DNA of 37,097 bases, from IMG/VR virus record IMGVR_UViG_2563366877_000001; one strand, 5' to 3'. This DNA comes from a virus (Duplodnaviria > Heunggongvirae > Uroviricota > Caudoviricetes). The translations under genes and the position numbers were made by a program. Below are positions 1-9,309 of the stretch, one piece after another. Position 1 is the first letter of the stretch. Every line of letters begins with the position of its first letter. A model generated the notes under the pieces. That model made no database searches. It was given only the letters and a program-made list of their open reading frames with translations, and was not told the origin of the DNA.

Positions 1-1254
1 ATGCTGGAACAAATGGGCATTGCCGCGAAGCAAGCCTCGTATAAATTAGCGCAACTCTCCAGCCGCGAAAAAAATCGCGTACTGGAAAAAATAGCCGATG
101 AACTGGAAGCACAAAGCGAAATCATCCTCAACGCTAACGCGCAGGATGTTGCTGACGCGCGTGCCAACGGCCTTAGCGAAGCGATGCTTGACCGTCTGGC
201 ACTGACGCCCGCACGGCTGAAAGGCATTGCCGACGATGTGCGCCAGGTGTGTAACCTCGCCGATCCGGTGGGGCAGGTAATCGATGGCGGCGTACTGGAC
301 AGCGGCCTGCGTCTTGAGCGTCGTCGCGTACCGCTGGGGGTTATTGGCGTGATTTATGAAGCGCGCCCGAACGTGACGGTTGATGTCGCTTCGCTGTGCC
401 TGAAAACCGGTAATGCGGTGATCCTGCGCGGTGGCAAAGAAACGTGTCGCACTAACGCTGCAACGGTGGCGGTGATTCAGGACGCCCTGAAATCCTGCGG
501 CTTACCGGCGGGTGCCGTGCAGGCGATTGATAATCCTGACCGTGCGCTGGTCAGTGAAATGCTGCGTATGGATAAATACATCGACATGCTGATCCCGCGT
601 GGTGGCGCTGGTTTGCATAAACTGTGCCGTGAACAGTCGACAATCCCGGTGATCACAGGTGGTATAGGCGTATGCCATATTTACGTTGATGAAAGTGTAG
701 AGATCGCTGAAGCATTAAAAGTGATCGTCAACGCGAAAACTCAGCGTCCGAGCACATGTAATACGGTTGAAACGTTGCTGGTGAATAAAAACATCGCCGA
801 TAGCTTCCTGCCCGCATTAAGCAAACAAATGGCGGAAAGCGGCGTGACATTACACGCAGATGCAGCTGCACTGGCGCAGTTGCAGGCAGGCCCTGCGAAG
901 GTGGTTGCTGTTAAAGCCGAAGAGTATGACGATGAGTTTCTGTCATTAGATTTGAACGTCAAAATCGTCAGCGATCTTGACGATGCCATCGCCCATATTC
1001 GTGAACACGGCACACAACACTCCGATGCGATCCTGACCCGCGATATGCGCAACGCCCAGCGTTTTGTTAACGAAGTGGATTCGTCCGCTGTTTACGTTAA
1101 CGCCTCTACGCGTTTTACCGACGGCGGCCAGTTTGGTCTGGGTGCGGAAGTGGCGGTAAGCACACAAAAACTCCACGCGCGTGGCCCAATGGGGCTGGAA
1201 GCACTGACCACTTACAAGTGGATCGGCATTGGTGATTACACCATTCGTGCGTAA
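1..1254 (+). CDS. proA: gamma-glutamyl phosphate reductase
   Basis: Full 417-aa ORF; sequence recognised as enterobacterial ProA (aldehyde dehydrogenase fold, ends ...GDYTIRA). Chromosomal flank of the thrW integration site. Confidence 0.95.
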
Positions 1255-1368
1255 ATAAAACCGGGTGATGCAAAAGTAGCCATTTGATTCACAAGGCCAT
1301 TGACGCATCGCCCGGTTAGTTTTAACCTTGTCCACCGTGATTCACGTTCGTGAACATGTCCTTTCAGG

Positions 1369-1444
1369 GCCGATATAGCTCAGTTGGTAGAGCAGCGCAT
1401 TCGTAATGCGAAGGTCGTAGGTTCGACTCCTATTATCGGCACCA
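1369..1444 (+). tRNA. thrW: tRNA-Thr (anticodon CGU)
   Basis: 76-nt sequence GCCGATATAGCTCAGTTGGTAGAGCAGCGCATTCGTAATGCGAAGGTCGTAGGTTCGACTCCTATTATCGGCACCA with cloverleaf, anticodon CGT and CCA end; known integration target of P22/SfV-type integrases. Confidence 0.93.
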
Positions 1445-1458
1445 TTTAAATCAATAAG

Positions 1459-2622
1459 TTACACATCATTAGTACCTTCCTTATTTTTTGACTGGGACAA
1501 ATTTGGGACCGATGGGTTCAGGATCGAGTCTATTTGCCGTGCGTGTTCGGTAAGGTGATTAGGTGCAAGGTGAGCATATCGACGAACCATTTCGATAGAC
1601 TCCCAGCCTCCCATTTCCTGTAACACTGACAACGGGACTCCGGCTTGAACCAGCCAACTTGCCCAGGTGTGTCTCAAGTCGTGAAATCTGAAATCATCAA
1701 TACCAGCCCGTCTCAGAGCCGCTTTCCAGGCTGTGTTTGCGTCATACCGCATCTTCCTTACTGTTGGCGCTTTCGTTCCGTCTGGTTTGGTACAGCTTTC
1801 CTTGTACACAAATACCCAACGGTGATGATTACCGATTTGTTTTTTCAATACGCGACATGCAGTATCATTCAGCGCAACGCCAATTGCGCGGTTTGATTTA
1901 CTCTCTTCCGGGTTTATCCATGCCACCCGGCGCTGCATATCTATTTGTTGCCATTCAAGGTTGATGATGTTCGAGCGTCTTAAGCCTGTTGCCAGTGCAA
2001 ATTCAACAACAGACTTTAATGGCTCCGGACATTCATCAATCAGCCTTTGTGCTTCATGGGGCTCCAGCCAGCGGATCCGTTTATTCTTTGGTTGAGGCAC
2101 TTTAATAATTGGTGCCTTATCGAGCATTTTCCATTCACGCTCTGCGGCTCTTAGCAGGGCCTTTATAAATGAAAGATGCGTAGCCTTCGTTGCAACGGAC
2201 GCTGGTTTTGGCGTGTATTCTGGAACAGGTTTCCCTTTTTTTCTGCATGCTTCTGCCCTGAGTTTCCAGTTTTCCTCATGACGCCGGTTCGTCATTTTCT
2301 GCATTGCTGAATAAATTTTTGATTCAGTAATGTCTCTTAGTTGCATTCCTGCGAAATGTTGAAGCCAGAATCCGATCCGGCTTTTGTCATCGTCCAGTGA
2401 TTTCTTATGTGCTTTCTCTTCGAGCCACCTGACACACGCTTCCTCAAACGTCATATCAGGTATTTCACCAAGTTTGCTGACCCGCCATGCTTCAGCCTTT
2501 AGCTTGTCATGGAGCTCTGTCGCCTGCCTTTTGTCCTTTGTTCCAAGAGACTGTTTAAATCTTTTACCGTTCGGCAATGTGAAACTGGCGTACCATATTT
2601 CACTTCTGCGGAAGAGTGACAT
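1459..2622 (-). CDS. int: phage integrase, tyrosine recombinase (P22 Int-like)
   Basis: 387-aa ORF immediately next to the tRNA; C-terminal HDLRHT...Y motif of tyrosine recombinases; recognised as P22-type Int. Confidence 0.93.
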   Translation of the reverse strand: MSLFRRSEIWYASFTLPNGKRFKQSLGTKDKRQATELHDKLKAEAWRVSKLGEIPDMTFEEACVRWLEEKAHKKSLDDDKSRIGFWLQHFAGMQLRDITESKIYSAMQKMTNRRHEENWKLRAEACRKKGKPVPEYTPKPASVATKATHLSFIKALLRAAEREWKMLDKAPIIKVPQPKNKRIRWLEPHEAQRLIDECPEPLKSVVEFALATGLRRSNIINLEWQQIDMQRRVAWINPEESKSNRAIGVALNDTACRVLKKQIGNHHRWVFVYKESCTKPDGTKAPTVRKMRYDANTAWKAALRRAGIDDFRFHDLRHTWASWLVQAGVPLSVLQEMGGWESIEMVRRYAHLAPNHLTEHARQIDSILNPSVPNLSQSKNKEGTNDV

Positions 2623-2849
2623 TTTCTTTCCTCTGTTATGCCATCACCCGCGCTCACCTTGATAGTATGCAGCGGAGACTGAAGCGCCGCAATGCAGGCT
2701 TGTCGCGTTGTGAGGTAAGGAGATTTTGGTTTAGTGGGGTCTTTGCGTGTTGCCTGTAGGCGGCCTGTTCGTATCCAGTTGGTGGCGGTTGGTCTGGATA
2801 TCTTAAGAAACTGACAGGCCTCATCGAGTGTGAGGCTGTATGATTCCAT
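2499..2849 (-). CDS. xis: excisionase
   Basis: 116-aa product from internal ATG at 2849 with GAGGT Shine-Dalgarno 5 nt upstream; overlaps the int 5' end as in P22; sequence [31 protein letters not shown] resembles P22 Xis. Confidence 0.8.
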   Translation of the reverse strand: MESYSLTLDEACQFLKISRPTATNWIRTGRLQATRKDPTKPKSPYLTTRQACIAALQSPLHTIKVSAGDGITEERKCHSSAEVKYGTPVSHCRTVKDLNSLLEQRTKGRRQSSMTS

Positions 2850-3099
2850 GGTTACCTCTGCTTTTTGAACGCATGTCACGTAACTTCTTAATGTGTTCTG
2901 CCGTTTCGATCTCTTCTGCTATCCGATCTGCATCAGCTTTATTCACAGGTTCAAAGTCATGATTAAAGCGGAACATGCTGGCGATACATGTTCTGCCTTT
3001 TCGGATGTAGTGAACTTTGTTGTGGGTAGAACGCAGGATTTTGCAGGGAGTGCCGTGGTGGTCGACGTACCAGGTGTTAGGCAAAATGATTCTGAACAT
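2821..3099 (-). CDS. hypothetical early protein
   Basis: 92-aa ORF in the leftward early operon; no recognisable family. Confidence 0.5.
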   Translation of the reverse strand: MFRIILPNTWYVDHHGTPCKILRSTHNKVHYIRKGRTCIASMFRFNHDFEPVNKADADRIAEEIETAEHIKKLRDMRSKSRGNHGIIQPHTR

Positions 3100-3146
3100 T
3101 TTTACACCTCAGTTGGACGATGTTGAAATTTGCTGCTTTGAGGCCA

Positions 3147-3365
3147 TCACAATCCCCATTGTTTGTTCTTAAGTTCGATCTCCTCCTGGCAACTTGCACA
3201 AGTCCGACAACCCTGAACGGCCAGGCGTCTTCGTTCATCTATGGGATCGCCACACTCACAACAATGAGTGGCAGATATAACCTGGTGGTTCAGACGACGC
3301 ATTTTTATTGCTGTATTGCGCTGTAATTCTTCGATTTCTGATGCTGAATCAATGATGTCTGCCAT
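3147..3365 (-). CDS. TraR/DksA-family C4 zinc-finger protein
   Basis: 72 aa with CxxC...CxxC (CCECGDPIDERRR...CRTCASCQ) spacing typical of phage TraR-like zinc fingers. Confidence 0.7.
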   Translation of the reverse strand: MADIIDSASEIEELQRNTAIKMRRLNHQVISATHCCECGDPIDERRRLAVQGCRTCASCQEEIELKNKQWGL

Positions 3366-3463
3366 CTTCCATTAATCCCTGAATTGTTGGTTAATACGCT
3401 TGAGGGTGAATGCGAATAATAAAAAAGGAGCCTGTAGCTCCCTGATGATTTTGCTTTTCATGT

Positions 3464-3679
3464 TCATCGCTCCTTAAAGACGCCGTTTAACATGCCGATC
3501 GCCAGGCTTAAATGAGTCGGTGTGAATCCCATCAGCGTTACCGTTTCGCGGTGCTTCTTCAGTACGCTACGGCAAATGTCATCGACGTTTTTATCCGGAA
3601 ACTGCTGTCTGGCTTTTTTGATTTCAGAATTAGCCTGACGGGCTATGCTGCGAAGGGCGTTTTCCTGCTGAGGTGTCAT
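3464..3679 (-). CDS. hypothetical protein
   Basis: ORF-track frame 3464..3778; start chosen at internal ATG (MTPQQENALRS...); start uncertain. Confidence 0.4.
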   Translation of the reverse strand: MTPQQENALRSIARQANSEIKKARQQFPDKNVDDICRSVLKKHRETVTLMGFTPTHLSLAIGMLNGVFKER

Positions 3680-3755
3680 TGAACAAGTCCCATGTCGGCA
3701 AGCATAAGCACACAGAATATGAAGCCCGCTGCCAGAAAAATGCATTCCGTGGTTG

Positions 3756-4313
3756 TCATGCAGCCTCCCGACGGGCAAGAATCCTTGAGCCGAACGCCAT
3801 CAACTCTCCACGATCAACGGTCGTAAAGTGGCAGTGTGTACGGGGGTATGGGTGCCAGATAATGAGCATCGAGCCTTTATTATTTCCACTGACGTGTTTC
3901 CCGGTGAGTGGGTTAATAAATGCCAGTCGTCCTGCCGTGATGAATCTGACCTCACTGGCGGTTTGTATCGCTTCATGAAACCATCCGACAGATGTGTCAG
4001 CAGGTAATAACATTACACATCCCACACTGCTGAATTTGTTTTCAGTGGCTGCCTTTTTCACAAAAGGGGAAATATTGCTGTATGGTGGATTCAACCAGAC
4101 ATAACCAGAGGCATATCCCATTGCTTCAGGCCATGAAGTGGTTAATGTGTTCTGCTCCTGTGAGATAAAAAGCCGACATAGTCGGTTTTTTTCGCTGGCG
4201 GCAGCATCAAGTTGAAAAACGAACTCTGCATTAAGCGCAGCAAAAATCTCTGGTGGTGTGCGCCAGCTGTCGCGATGTTCGGCAGGAGTATTGCTTCCGG
4301 TGAAATCAGTCAT
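3756..4313 (-). CDS. phage DNA N6-adenine methyltransferase (Dam-type, PF05869-like)
   Basis: 185 aa; contains the NPPY catalytic motif (VWLNPPYS) and resembles phage orphan adenine methyltransferases. Confidence 0.75.
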   Translation of the reverse strand: MTDFTGSNTPAEHRDSWRTPPEIFAALNAEFVFQLDAAASEKNRLCRLFISQEQNTLTTSWPEAMGYASGYVWLNPPYSNISPFVKKAATENKFSSVGCVMLLPADTSVGWFHEAIQTASEVRFITAGRLAFINPLTGKHVSGNNKGSMLIIWHPYPRTHCHFTTVDRGELMAFGSRILARREAA

Positions 4314-4474
4314 ACAGCTCCCCGTTTATTATTTATCTCCTCAGCCAGCCGCTGTGCTTTCAGGGGATTTCGGATAACAGAAAGGCCGGGAAATACCCAG
4401 CCTCGCTTCGTAACGGAGTAGACGAAAGTGATCGTGCCTACGCGGATATTATCGTGAGGATGTTTCATCGCCAT
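4310..4474 (-). CDS. small hypothetical protein (54 aa)
   Basis: Not in ORF track (under 60 aa). Start overlaps the exo stop (ATGGCGATGA) and stop overlaps the methyltransferase start (ATGA), suggesting translational coupling. Confidence 0.35.
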   Translation of the reverse strand: MAMKHPHDNIRVGTITFVYSVTKRGWVFPGLSVIRNPLKAQRLAEEINNKRGAV

Positions 4475-5145
4475 TGCTCCCCAAATACAAAACCAATTTC
4501 AGCCAGTGCCTCGTCCATTTTTTCGATGAACTCCGGCACCATCTCGTCAAAACTCGCTATATACTTTTCATTCCGCTCAATCACGACATAATGCAGGCCT
4601 TCACGCTTCATTCGTGGGTCATAGTTGGCAAAGTACCAGGCATCTTTTCGCGTCACCCACATGCTGTACTGCACCTGGGCCATGTAAGCCGATTTTATTG
4701 CCTCGAAACCACCGAGCCGGAATTTCATGAAATCCCGGGAGGTAAACGGGCATTTCAGTTCAAGGCCGTTGCCGTCACTGCATAAACCATCGGGAGAGCA
4801 GGCGGTGCGCATACTTTCGTCGCGATAGATGATCGGGGATTCAGTAACATTCACGCCGGAAGTAAACTCAAACAGGGCTCTGGCGTCGTTCTCGTACTGT
4901 TTTCCCCAGGCCAGTGCTTTAGCGTTAACTTCCGGAGCCACACCGGTGCAAACCTCGGCAAGCAGGGTGTGGAAGTAGGACATTTTCATGTCAGGCCACT
5001 TCTTTCCTGAGCGGGGCTTTGCTATCACGTTGTGAACTTCTGAAGCGGTGATGACGCCGAGCCGTAATTTGTGCCATGCATCATCCCCCTGTTCGACAGC
5101 TCTCACGTCGATCCCGGTACGCTGCAGGATAATGTCCGGTGTCAT
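4465..5145 (-). CDS. exo: lambda exonuclease (Red-alpha)
   Basis: 226 aa, near-identical to lambda Exo as recalled ([40 protein letters not shown]...). Confidence 0.95.
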   Translation of the reverse strand: MTPDIILQRTGIDVRAVEQGDDAWHKLRLGVITASEVHNVIAKPRSGKKWPDMKMSYFHTLLAEVCTGVAPEVNAKALAWGKQYENDARALFEFTSGVNVTESPIIYRDESMRTACSPDGLCSDGNGLELKCPFTSRDFMKFRLGGFEAIKSAYMAQVQYSMWVTRKDAWYFANYDPRMKREGLHYVVIERNEKYIASFDEMVPEFIEKMDEALAEIGFVFGEQWR

Positions 5146-5927
5146 GCTGCCACCTTCTGCTCAGTGGCTTTCTGTTTCAGGAATCCGAGAGCTTTCACTG
5201 CTTCGACCTGTGTCAGTTCTGACGATGCGCGAATGTCGCGGCGAAATATCTGGGAACAGAGCGGCAATAAGTCGTCATCCCATGTTTTATCCAGGGCAAT
5301 CAGCAGAGTGTTAATCTCCTGCATGGTTTCATCGTTAACCGGAGTGATGTCGCGTTCCGGCTGACGTTCTGCAGTGTATGCGGTATTTTCGACAATGCGC
5401 TCGGCTTCATCCTTGTCATAGATACCAGCAAATCCGAAGGCCAGACGGGCACACTGAATCATGGCTTTATGACGTAACATCCGTTTGGGATGCGACTGCC
5501 ACGGCCCCGTGATTTCTCTGCCTTCGCGGGTTTTGAATGGTTCGCGGCGGCATTCATCCATCCACTCGGTAACGCAGATCGGATGATTGCGGTCCTTGCG
5601 GTAAATCCGGCATGTGCAGGATTCATTGTCCTGCTCAAAGTCCATACCATCAAACTGCTGGTTTTCATTGATGATGCGGGACCAGCCATCAACGCCCACC
5701 ACCGGAACGATGCCGTTCTGCTTATCAGGGAAGGCGTAAATTTCTTTCGTCCACGGATTAAGGCCGTACTGGTTGGCGACGATCAACAATGCGATGAACT
5801 GCGCATCGCTGGCATCACCTTTAAATGCCGTCTGGCGAAGAGTGGTGATCAGTTCCTGTGGGTCGACAGAATCCATGCCGACACGTTCAGCCAGCTTCCC
5901 TGCCAGCGTTGCGAGTGCTGTACTCAT
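5142..5927 (-). CDS. bet: recombination protein Bet (Red-beta)
   Basis: 261 aa, near-identical to lambda Bet; overlaps the exo start as in lambda. Confidence 0.95.
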   Translation of the reverse strand: MSTALATLAGKLAERVGMDSVDPQELITTLRQTAFKGDASDAQFIALLIVANQYGLNPWTKEIYAFPDKQNGIVPVVGVDGWSRIINENQQFDGMDFEQDNESCTCRIYRKDRNHPICVTEWMDECRREPFKTREGREITGPWQSHPKRMLRHKAMIQCARLAFGFAGIYDKDEAERIVENTAYTAERQPERDITPVNDETMQEINTLLIALDKTWDDDLLPLCSQIFRRDIRASSELTQVEAVKALGFLKQKATEQKVAA

Positions 5928-5932
5928 CCGTT

Positions 5933-6229
5933 TTATACCTCTGAATCAATATCAACCTGGTGGTGAGCAATGGTTTCAACCATGTACCGGATGTGTTCTG
6001 CCATGCGCTCCTGAAACTCAACATCGTCATCAAACGCACGGGTAATGGCTTTTTTGCTGGCCCCGTGGCGTTGCAAATGATCGATGCATAGCGATTCAAA
6101 CAGGTGCTGGGGCAGGCCTTTTTCCATGTCGTCTGCCAGTTCTGCCTCTTTCTCTTCACGGGCGATCTGCTGGTAGTGACGCGCCCAGCTCTGAGCCTCA
6201 AGACGATCCTGAATGTAATAAGCGTTCAT
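5933..6229 (-). CDS. gam: host nuclease inhibitor Gam (short form)
   Basis: 98 aa, [21 protein letters not shown]...; AGGAG Shine-Dalgarno 7 nt upstream; in-frame stop 14 codons upstream excludes a long form. Confidence 0.95.
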   Translation of the reverse strand: MNAYYIQDRLEAQSWARHYQQIAREEKEAELADDMEKGLPQHLFESLCIDHLQRHGASKKAITRAFDDDVEFQERMAEHIRYMVETIAHHQVDIDSEV

Positions 6230-6292
6230 GGCTGAACTCCTGAAAATATCGCCCGCGAAATGCCAGGCTGATTAGGAAAACAGGAAAGGGGA

Positions 6293-6670
6293 TTAGTGAT
6301 TGAGGCCGTTACCGCGTCCGTCGAGAAAAACTTCCACGAGCAAATCACGGGTATAAGTGCGCTCGATGCCGCGATGCAGATAAAGCCGTCCGCGTAAATT
6401 AGCTGATGCAGTCCAGGTACCATCTTTGTGTTTGACCAGCATTCCTGGCATGACCGCACCGCGATTAACGGTCTGCGTTCCGTAATGTTGATGAACCATA
6501 AAAACTCCTGCCCGTAAGCTGGGCTGCTGAACATATAGAGACTTCTGCGCGTATTCAGGCGGTGGATGGCCGCCGGTTGTCATAACTAAGCCGCCTCGTT
6601 GAAGCGACTGAGGTATAAAGTGTTGTGTTGATTTCAGCTGGTCACACCGACGTTCACGCGTCCGTTTCAC
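6293..6670 (-). CDS. hypothetical protein, first ORF after the putative pL; arginine-rich N-terminus (possible N-like antiterminator)
   Basis: ORF-track frame 6293..6703 begins at a TTG with no Shine-Dalgarno; start proposed at GTG 6670 (GGGGAG 8 nt upstream), giving N-terminal VKRTRERR... resembling the arginine-rich motif of N proteins. Start and function uncertain. Confidence 0.3.
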   Translation of the reverse strand: MKRTRERRCDQLKSTQHFIPQSLQRGGLVMTTGGHPPPEYAQKSLYVQQPSLRAGVFMVHQHYGTQTVNRGAVMPGMLVKHKDGTWTASANLRGRLYLHRGIERTYTRDLLVEVFLDGRGNGLNH

Positions 6671-6720
6671 CCCTCGCACTCCCCGAAGCCTGCTGAAATT
6701 CAAACTGCGGATCTAAGCGG

Positions 6721-6772
6721 TCATCGCAACGGTGAAACAGGTGGTTACCGTATCGTTGTGTCGTTGCGATGA
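6721..6772 (-). promoter_or_regulatory. long leader hairpin upstream of the first leftward ORF
   Basis: Perfect 11-bp inverted repeat TCATCGCAACG (6721-6731) and CGTTGCGATGA (6762-6772) with a 30-nt loop, about 50 nt upstream of the proposed GTG start. Confidence 0.4.
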
Positions 6773-6784
6773 ATTTATTTAAAA

Positions 6785-6850
6785 CTATAGTTGTTTTATC
6801 GTCAACAACAAAAGTTGTTTTGTCGGTTGTTTTAAATATAACTGGTTGTA
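6785..6850. promoter_or_regulatory. putative OL operator cluster / pL region
   Basis: Clustered GTTGTT/AACAAC inverted repeats (GTTGTT 6790-6795, AACAAC 6804-6809, GTTGTT 6814-6819, GGTTGTT 6825-6831) sharing the half-site seen in the cI-cro intergenic palindrome. Confidence 0.4.
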
Positions 6851-6979
6851 TTTAGGATGGATTTATTTTGTGACTTGCATCGCATAGCGATAACTGAAGT
6901 GAGGTGTGGTGGTTTTTTGGACGGTATGAGTTATGAGGGGGAGGAAAAGAAAACCCGGCGCGGTTGCCGGGTATGATTA

Positions 6980-7360
6980 TCAGTCAGCCCAACCTGATTT
7001 CGAGTTTATTTGGGTTTCTGACATTGTGTATTTCTTAATCGTGTCATCGTTAAAAAGAATAGTAAGTTCTTTTTTCGTACCGTTCGTTCCATTATGGAAT
7101 AATCCATAGAATGGAATAAAAGTGGTGCCATTAACTTTTACTTTTGCAAAGGCGTACTTCCAGATCTCGTTTCCACTGTCAGTATAGGAAACAGCATCAG
7201 GAGAACCAAAGTAAGATTTAACCTCATTCTTGGTTGTTTTACCTTCCTGAAGTTTAGACTGGACACTAATTTCAGTTTCATTTTTGAGTTGCTGGTTGCC
7301 TGAAGAAGCACACCCAGCCAATACAGATGCCATCATGGCAGCGATTAGGATTTTTCTCAT
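6980..7360 (-). CDS. lipoprotein (moron in immunity region)
   Basis: 126 aa with signal peptide and lipobox (MRKILIAAMMASVLAGC); TATAAT about 20 nt upstream of its ATG; lies between the putative OL/pL and cI. Confidence 0.7.
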   Translation of the reverse strand: MRKILIAAMMASVLAGCASSGNQQLKNETEISVQSKLQEGKTTKNEVKSYFGSPDAVSYTDSGNEIWKYAFAKVKVNGTTFIPFYGLFHNGTNGTKKELTILFNDDTIKKYTMSETQINSKSGWAD

Positions 7361-7589
7361 TTTATGTTTCCATTCATTATAATCAGAAACATCTTAACAT
7401 AATGATTCGAAATAAAAACCGCTACGAGATAGGGGGACATTTTGCTGACAGTAGCAACAAATCTCAGCTAACAACGAGAATATTTACTGAAATATGCAAA
7501 CAGATTTGGCGTTCTTATAGAGAATTTAGTGCAATATCTAATCCGAGTGGTATAAACCTTAACCTTCGCTCCCTTAAGTCGTAGATAAA

Positions 7590-8279
7590 TTAACCATGCT
7601 TCCTGTACGTCTGCGGCATGCTTCCAATGACCTTACCGAATATGAACACCCGGTTCATCTCGTCTTTCTCGATCGGGTCCCACGGCGAGTAGCTCTTGTT
7701 ATCAGAGATAACCAGCAGCTTATCCTTCATCATTTGAAGACGTTTTACATGGGCAGTGTCGTCGTACAGAAACGCATAGATGCCATCACCGTCGAAAGAT
7801 TTAACAGTGATATCAACGAACAGCAGGTCACCTGGTTCGATCGTCCCTGACATGCTGTCACCTCGCACGTTAATGATGCGGATATTTTCCGCCTTCCTGC
7901 CATCGAACATGTGACGAGCATCGTCAAACGAGTACTCAACCGAGCGTAGAACTTCTACAAACTCACGGTTGATTACACCTGGCCCGGCACTGACTTCTAT
8001 ATCAAGAACGTCAATTTTGAAGTATTTGGAATGGCTGACAGTTGATTGTATTGGTTGCACTGTACTGTCTGACATATTTCCAACGCCAGAAGATAACCAT
8101 TCTGCGCGCACACCCAAAGCGTTCGCGATCTCCACGATTTTAGTTGTTTGGTTAGCTTTCCCTGTTTCGATTTTCTGAATAGCAGCCTGGCTAACCCCGA
8201 CCAAATCCCCAAGCGCCTTTTGTGTAAGGCCTCGCGCTAATCTGGCTTCTTTAAGTCTTTCTGAGAGTGTTGTTTTCAT
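7590..8279 (-). CDS. cI: CI-type repressor (HTH_XRE plus S24 LexA-like peptidase domain)
   Basis: 229 aa; N-terminal helix-turn-helix (LTQKALGDLVGVSQAAIQKIE) and C-terminal RGDSM...K autocleavage motifs; divergent from cro. Confidence 0.9.
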   Translation of the reverse strand: MKTTLSERLKEARLARGLTQKALGDLVGVSQAAIQKIETGKANQTTKIVEIANALGVRAEWLSSGVGNMSDSTVQPIQSTVSHSKYFKIDVLDIEVSAGPGVINREFVEVLRSVEYSFDDARHMFDGRKAENIRIINVRGDSMSGTIEPGDLLFVDITVKSFDGDGIYAFLYDDTAHVKRLQMMKDKLLVISDNKSYSPWDPIEKDEMNRVFIFGKVIGSMPQTYRKHG

Positions 8280-8320
8280 AGATCAAATGTACAACCAAGG
8301 TTTTATTTCATCAAACGAAA

Positions 8321-8345
8321 ATGGTTGTTGACTAAAAACAACCAT
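8321..8345. promoter_or_regulatory. OR operator palindrome overlapping a pR -35 hexamer
   Basis: ATGGTTGTT-gactaaa-AACAACCAT, perfect 9-bp arms; TTGACT at 8328-8333 inside it; cro ATG at 8384 with GGAGG Shine-Dalgarno. Confidence 0.5.
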
Positions 8346-8383
8346 AGTTTTAATCTTGATTCGGATTAACCACGGAGGTTGTT

Positions 8384-8614
8384 ATGAACCCAGCAATCAA
8401 AACAGCGATCAATATCGTTGGTTCACAAAAGAAACTAGGCGATGCCTGCGAAGTTTCACAGCAGGCCGTCTATAAGTGGCTTCACAACAAAGCAAAGGTA
8501 TCCCCTGAACATGTCGGCAGCATTGTTACGGCTACTGGTGGAGTTGTGAAGGCATACCAGATTCGCCCGGATCTTCCGAAGTTGTTTCCACACACCGAAA
8601 AGAACGCAGCTTAA
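8384..8614 (+). CDS. cro: Cro-like repressor (YdaS-family HTH)
   Basis: 76 aa, divergent from cI across the operator region; HTH segment resembles YdaS/Cro proteins. Confidence 0.75.
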   Translation: MNPAIKTAINIVGSQKKLGDACEVSQQAVYKWLHNKAKVSPEHVGSIVTATGGVVKAYQIRPDLPKLFPHTEKNAA

Positions 8615-8683
8615 ATTTCCATTTCACGCTCTTTAACAATAAGCAATCAACTTAACAGTCAATTCAAACTAAAGGAGTCAATT

Positions 8684-9223
8684 ATGCAACCACTTACATA
8701 CCAACAGACTAGCGGATTTATTCCGACTGCGGTGATAAATCGTTCTCAAACAAAACAAGCTCCAGGCCACGAAAAAATCCGTGATGCCGTCCGCGCCTGG
8801 TCGGCTGTAGATAATCAGGATGTCGTTGCCGCACTCATTGTGAATGAGTATCGGGAGCAGGGCGACGGCACCATCGATTTCCCTGATGATGTCAGCCGTG
8901 CACGCCAGAAGCTGTTCCGCTTCCTCGATAACAAATTCGATTCTGAAAAATACCGAAATAACGTGCGTGAACTGACCCCGGCAATTCTGGCGGTACTACC
9001 GCTGGAATATCGCGGTTACCTGGTTGAGCAGGATAGCTTCATGACTCGGTTGGCTGAAATGGAAAAGGAACTCAGTGAGGCAAAACAGGCTGTCATTCTC
9101 AACGCACCACGCCACCAGAAACTGAAGGAGATGAGTGAAGGCATTGTGTCGATGTTTCGTGTGGACCCGGACCTGGCTGGTCCATTGATGGCGATGGTCA
9201 CCACCATGCTGGGGGCAATATGA
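8684..9223 (+). CDS. YdaT-family regulatory protein (in the cII position)
   Basis: 179 aa following cro; motif LTPAILAVLPLEYRGYL resembles Rac YdaT; stop overlaps next ATG (ATGA). Confidence 0.6.
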   Translation: MQPLTYQQTSGFIPTAVINRSQTKQAPGHEKIRDAVRAWSAVDNQDVVAALIVNEYREQGDGTIDFPDDVSRARQKLFRFLDNKFDSEKYRNNVRELTPAILAVLPLEYRGYLVEQDSFMTRLAEMEKELSEAKQAVILNAPRHQKLKEMSEGIVSMFRVDPDLAGPLMAMVTTMLGAI

Positions 9224-9309
9224 CAGGTTCAGAAATGGCGAAAGCCGGTCTGCGCGAACAGAACCGACTTTCAGGTGCAAATCGTAACACACTCATTGCG
9301 GGAGGAATT

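Noticed and set aside
1300-1368. Near-palindromic sequence upstream of thrW (TTCACGTTCGTGAA)
   Set aside because: Lies in the chromosomal tRNA promoter region outside the prophage; most simply part of native tRNA promoter or regulatory sequence.
6226-6534. 102-aa minus-strand ORF and a possible long-form Gam
   Set aside because: It is out of frame with gam and overlaps the arginine-rich ORF; the gam reading frame has an in-frame stop 14 codons upstream of its ATG, so only short-form Gam is encoded.
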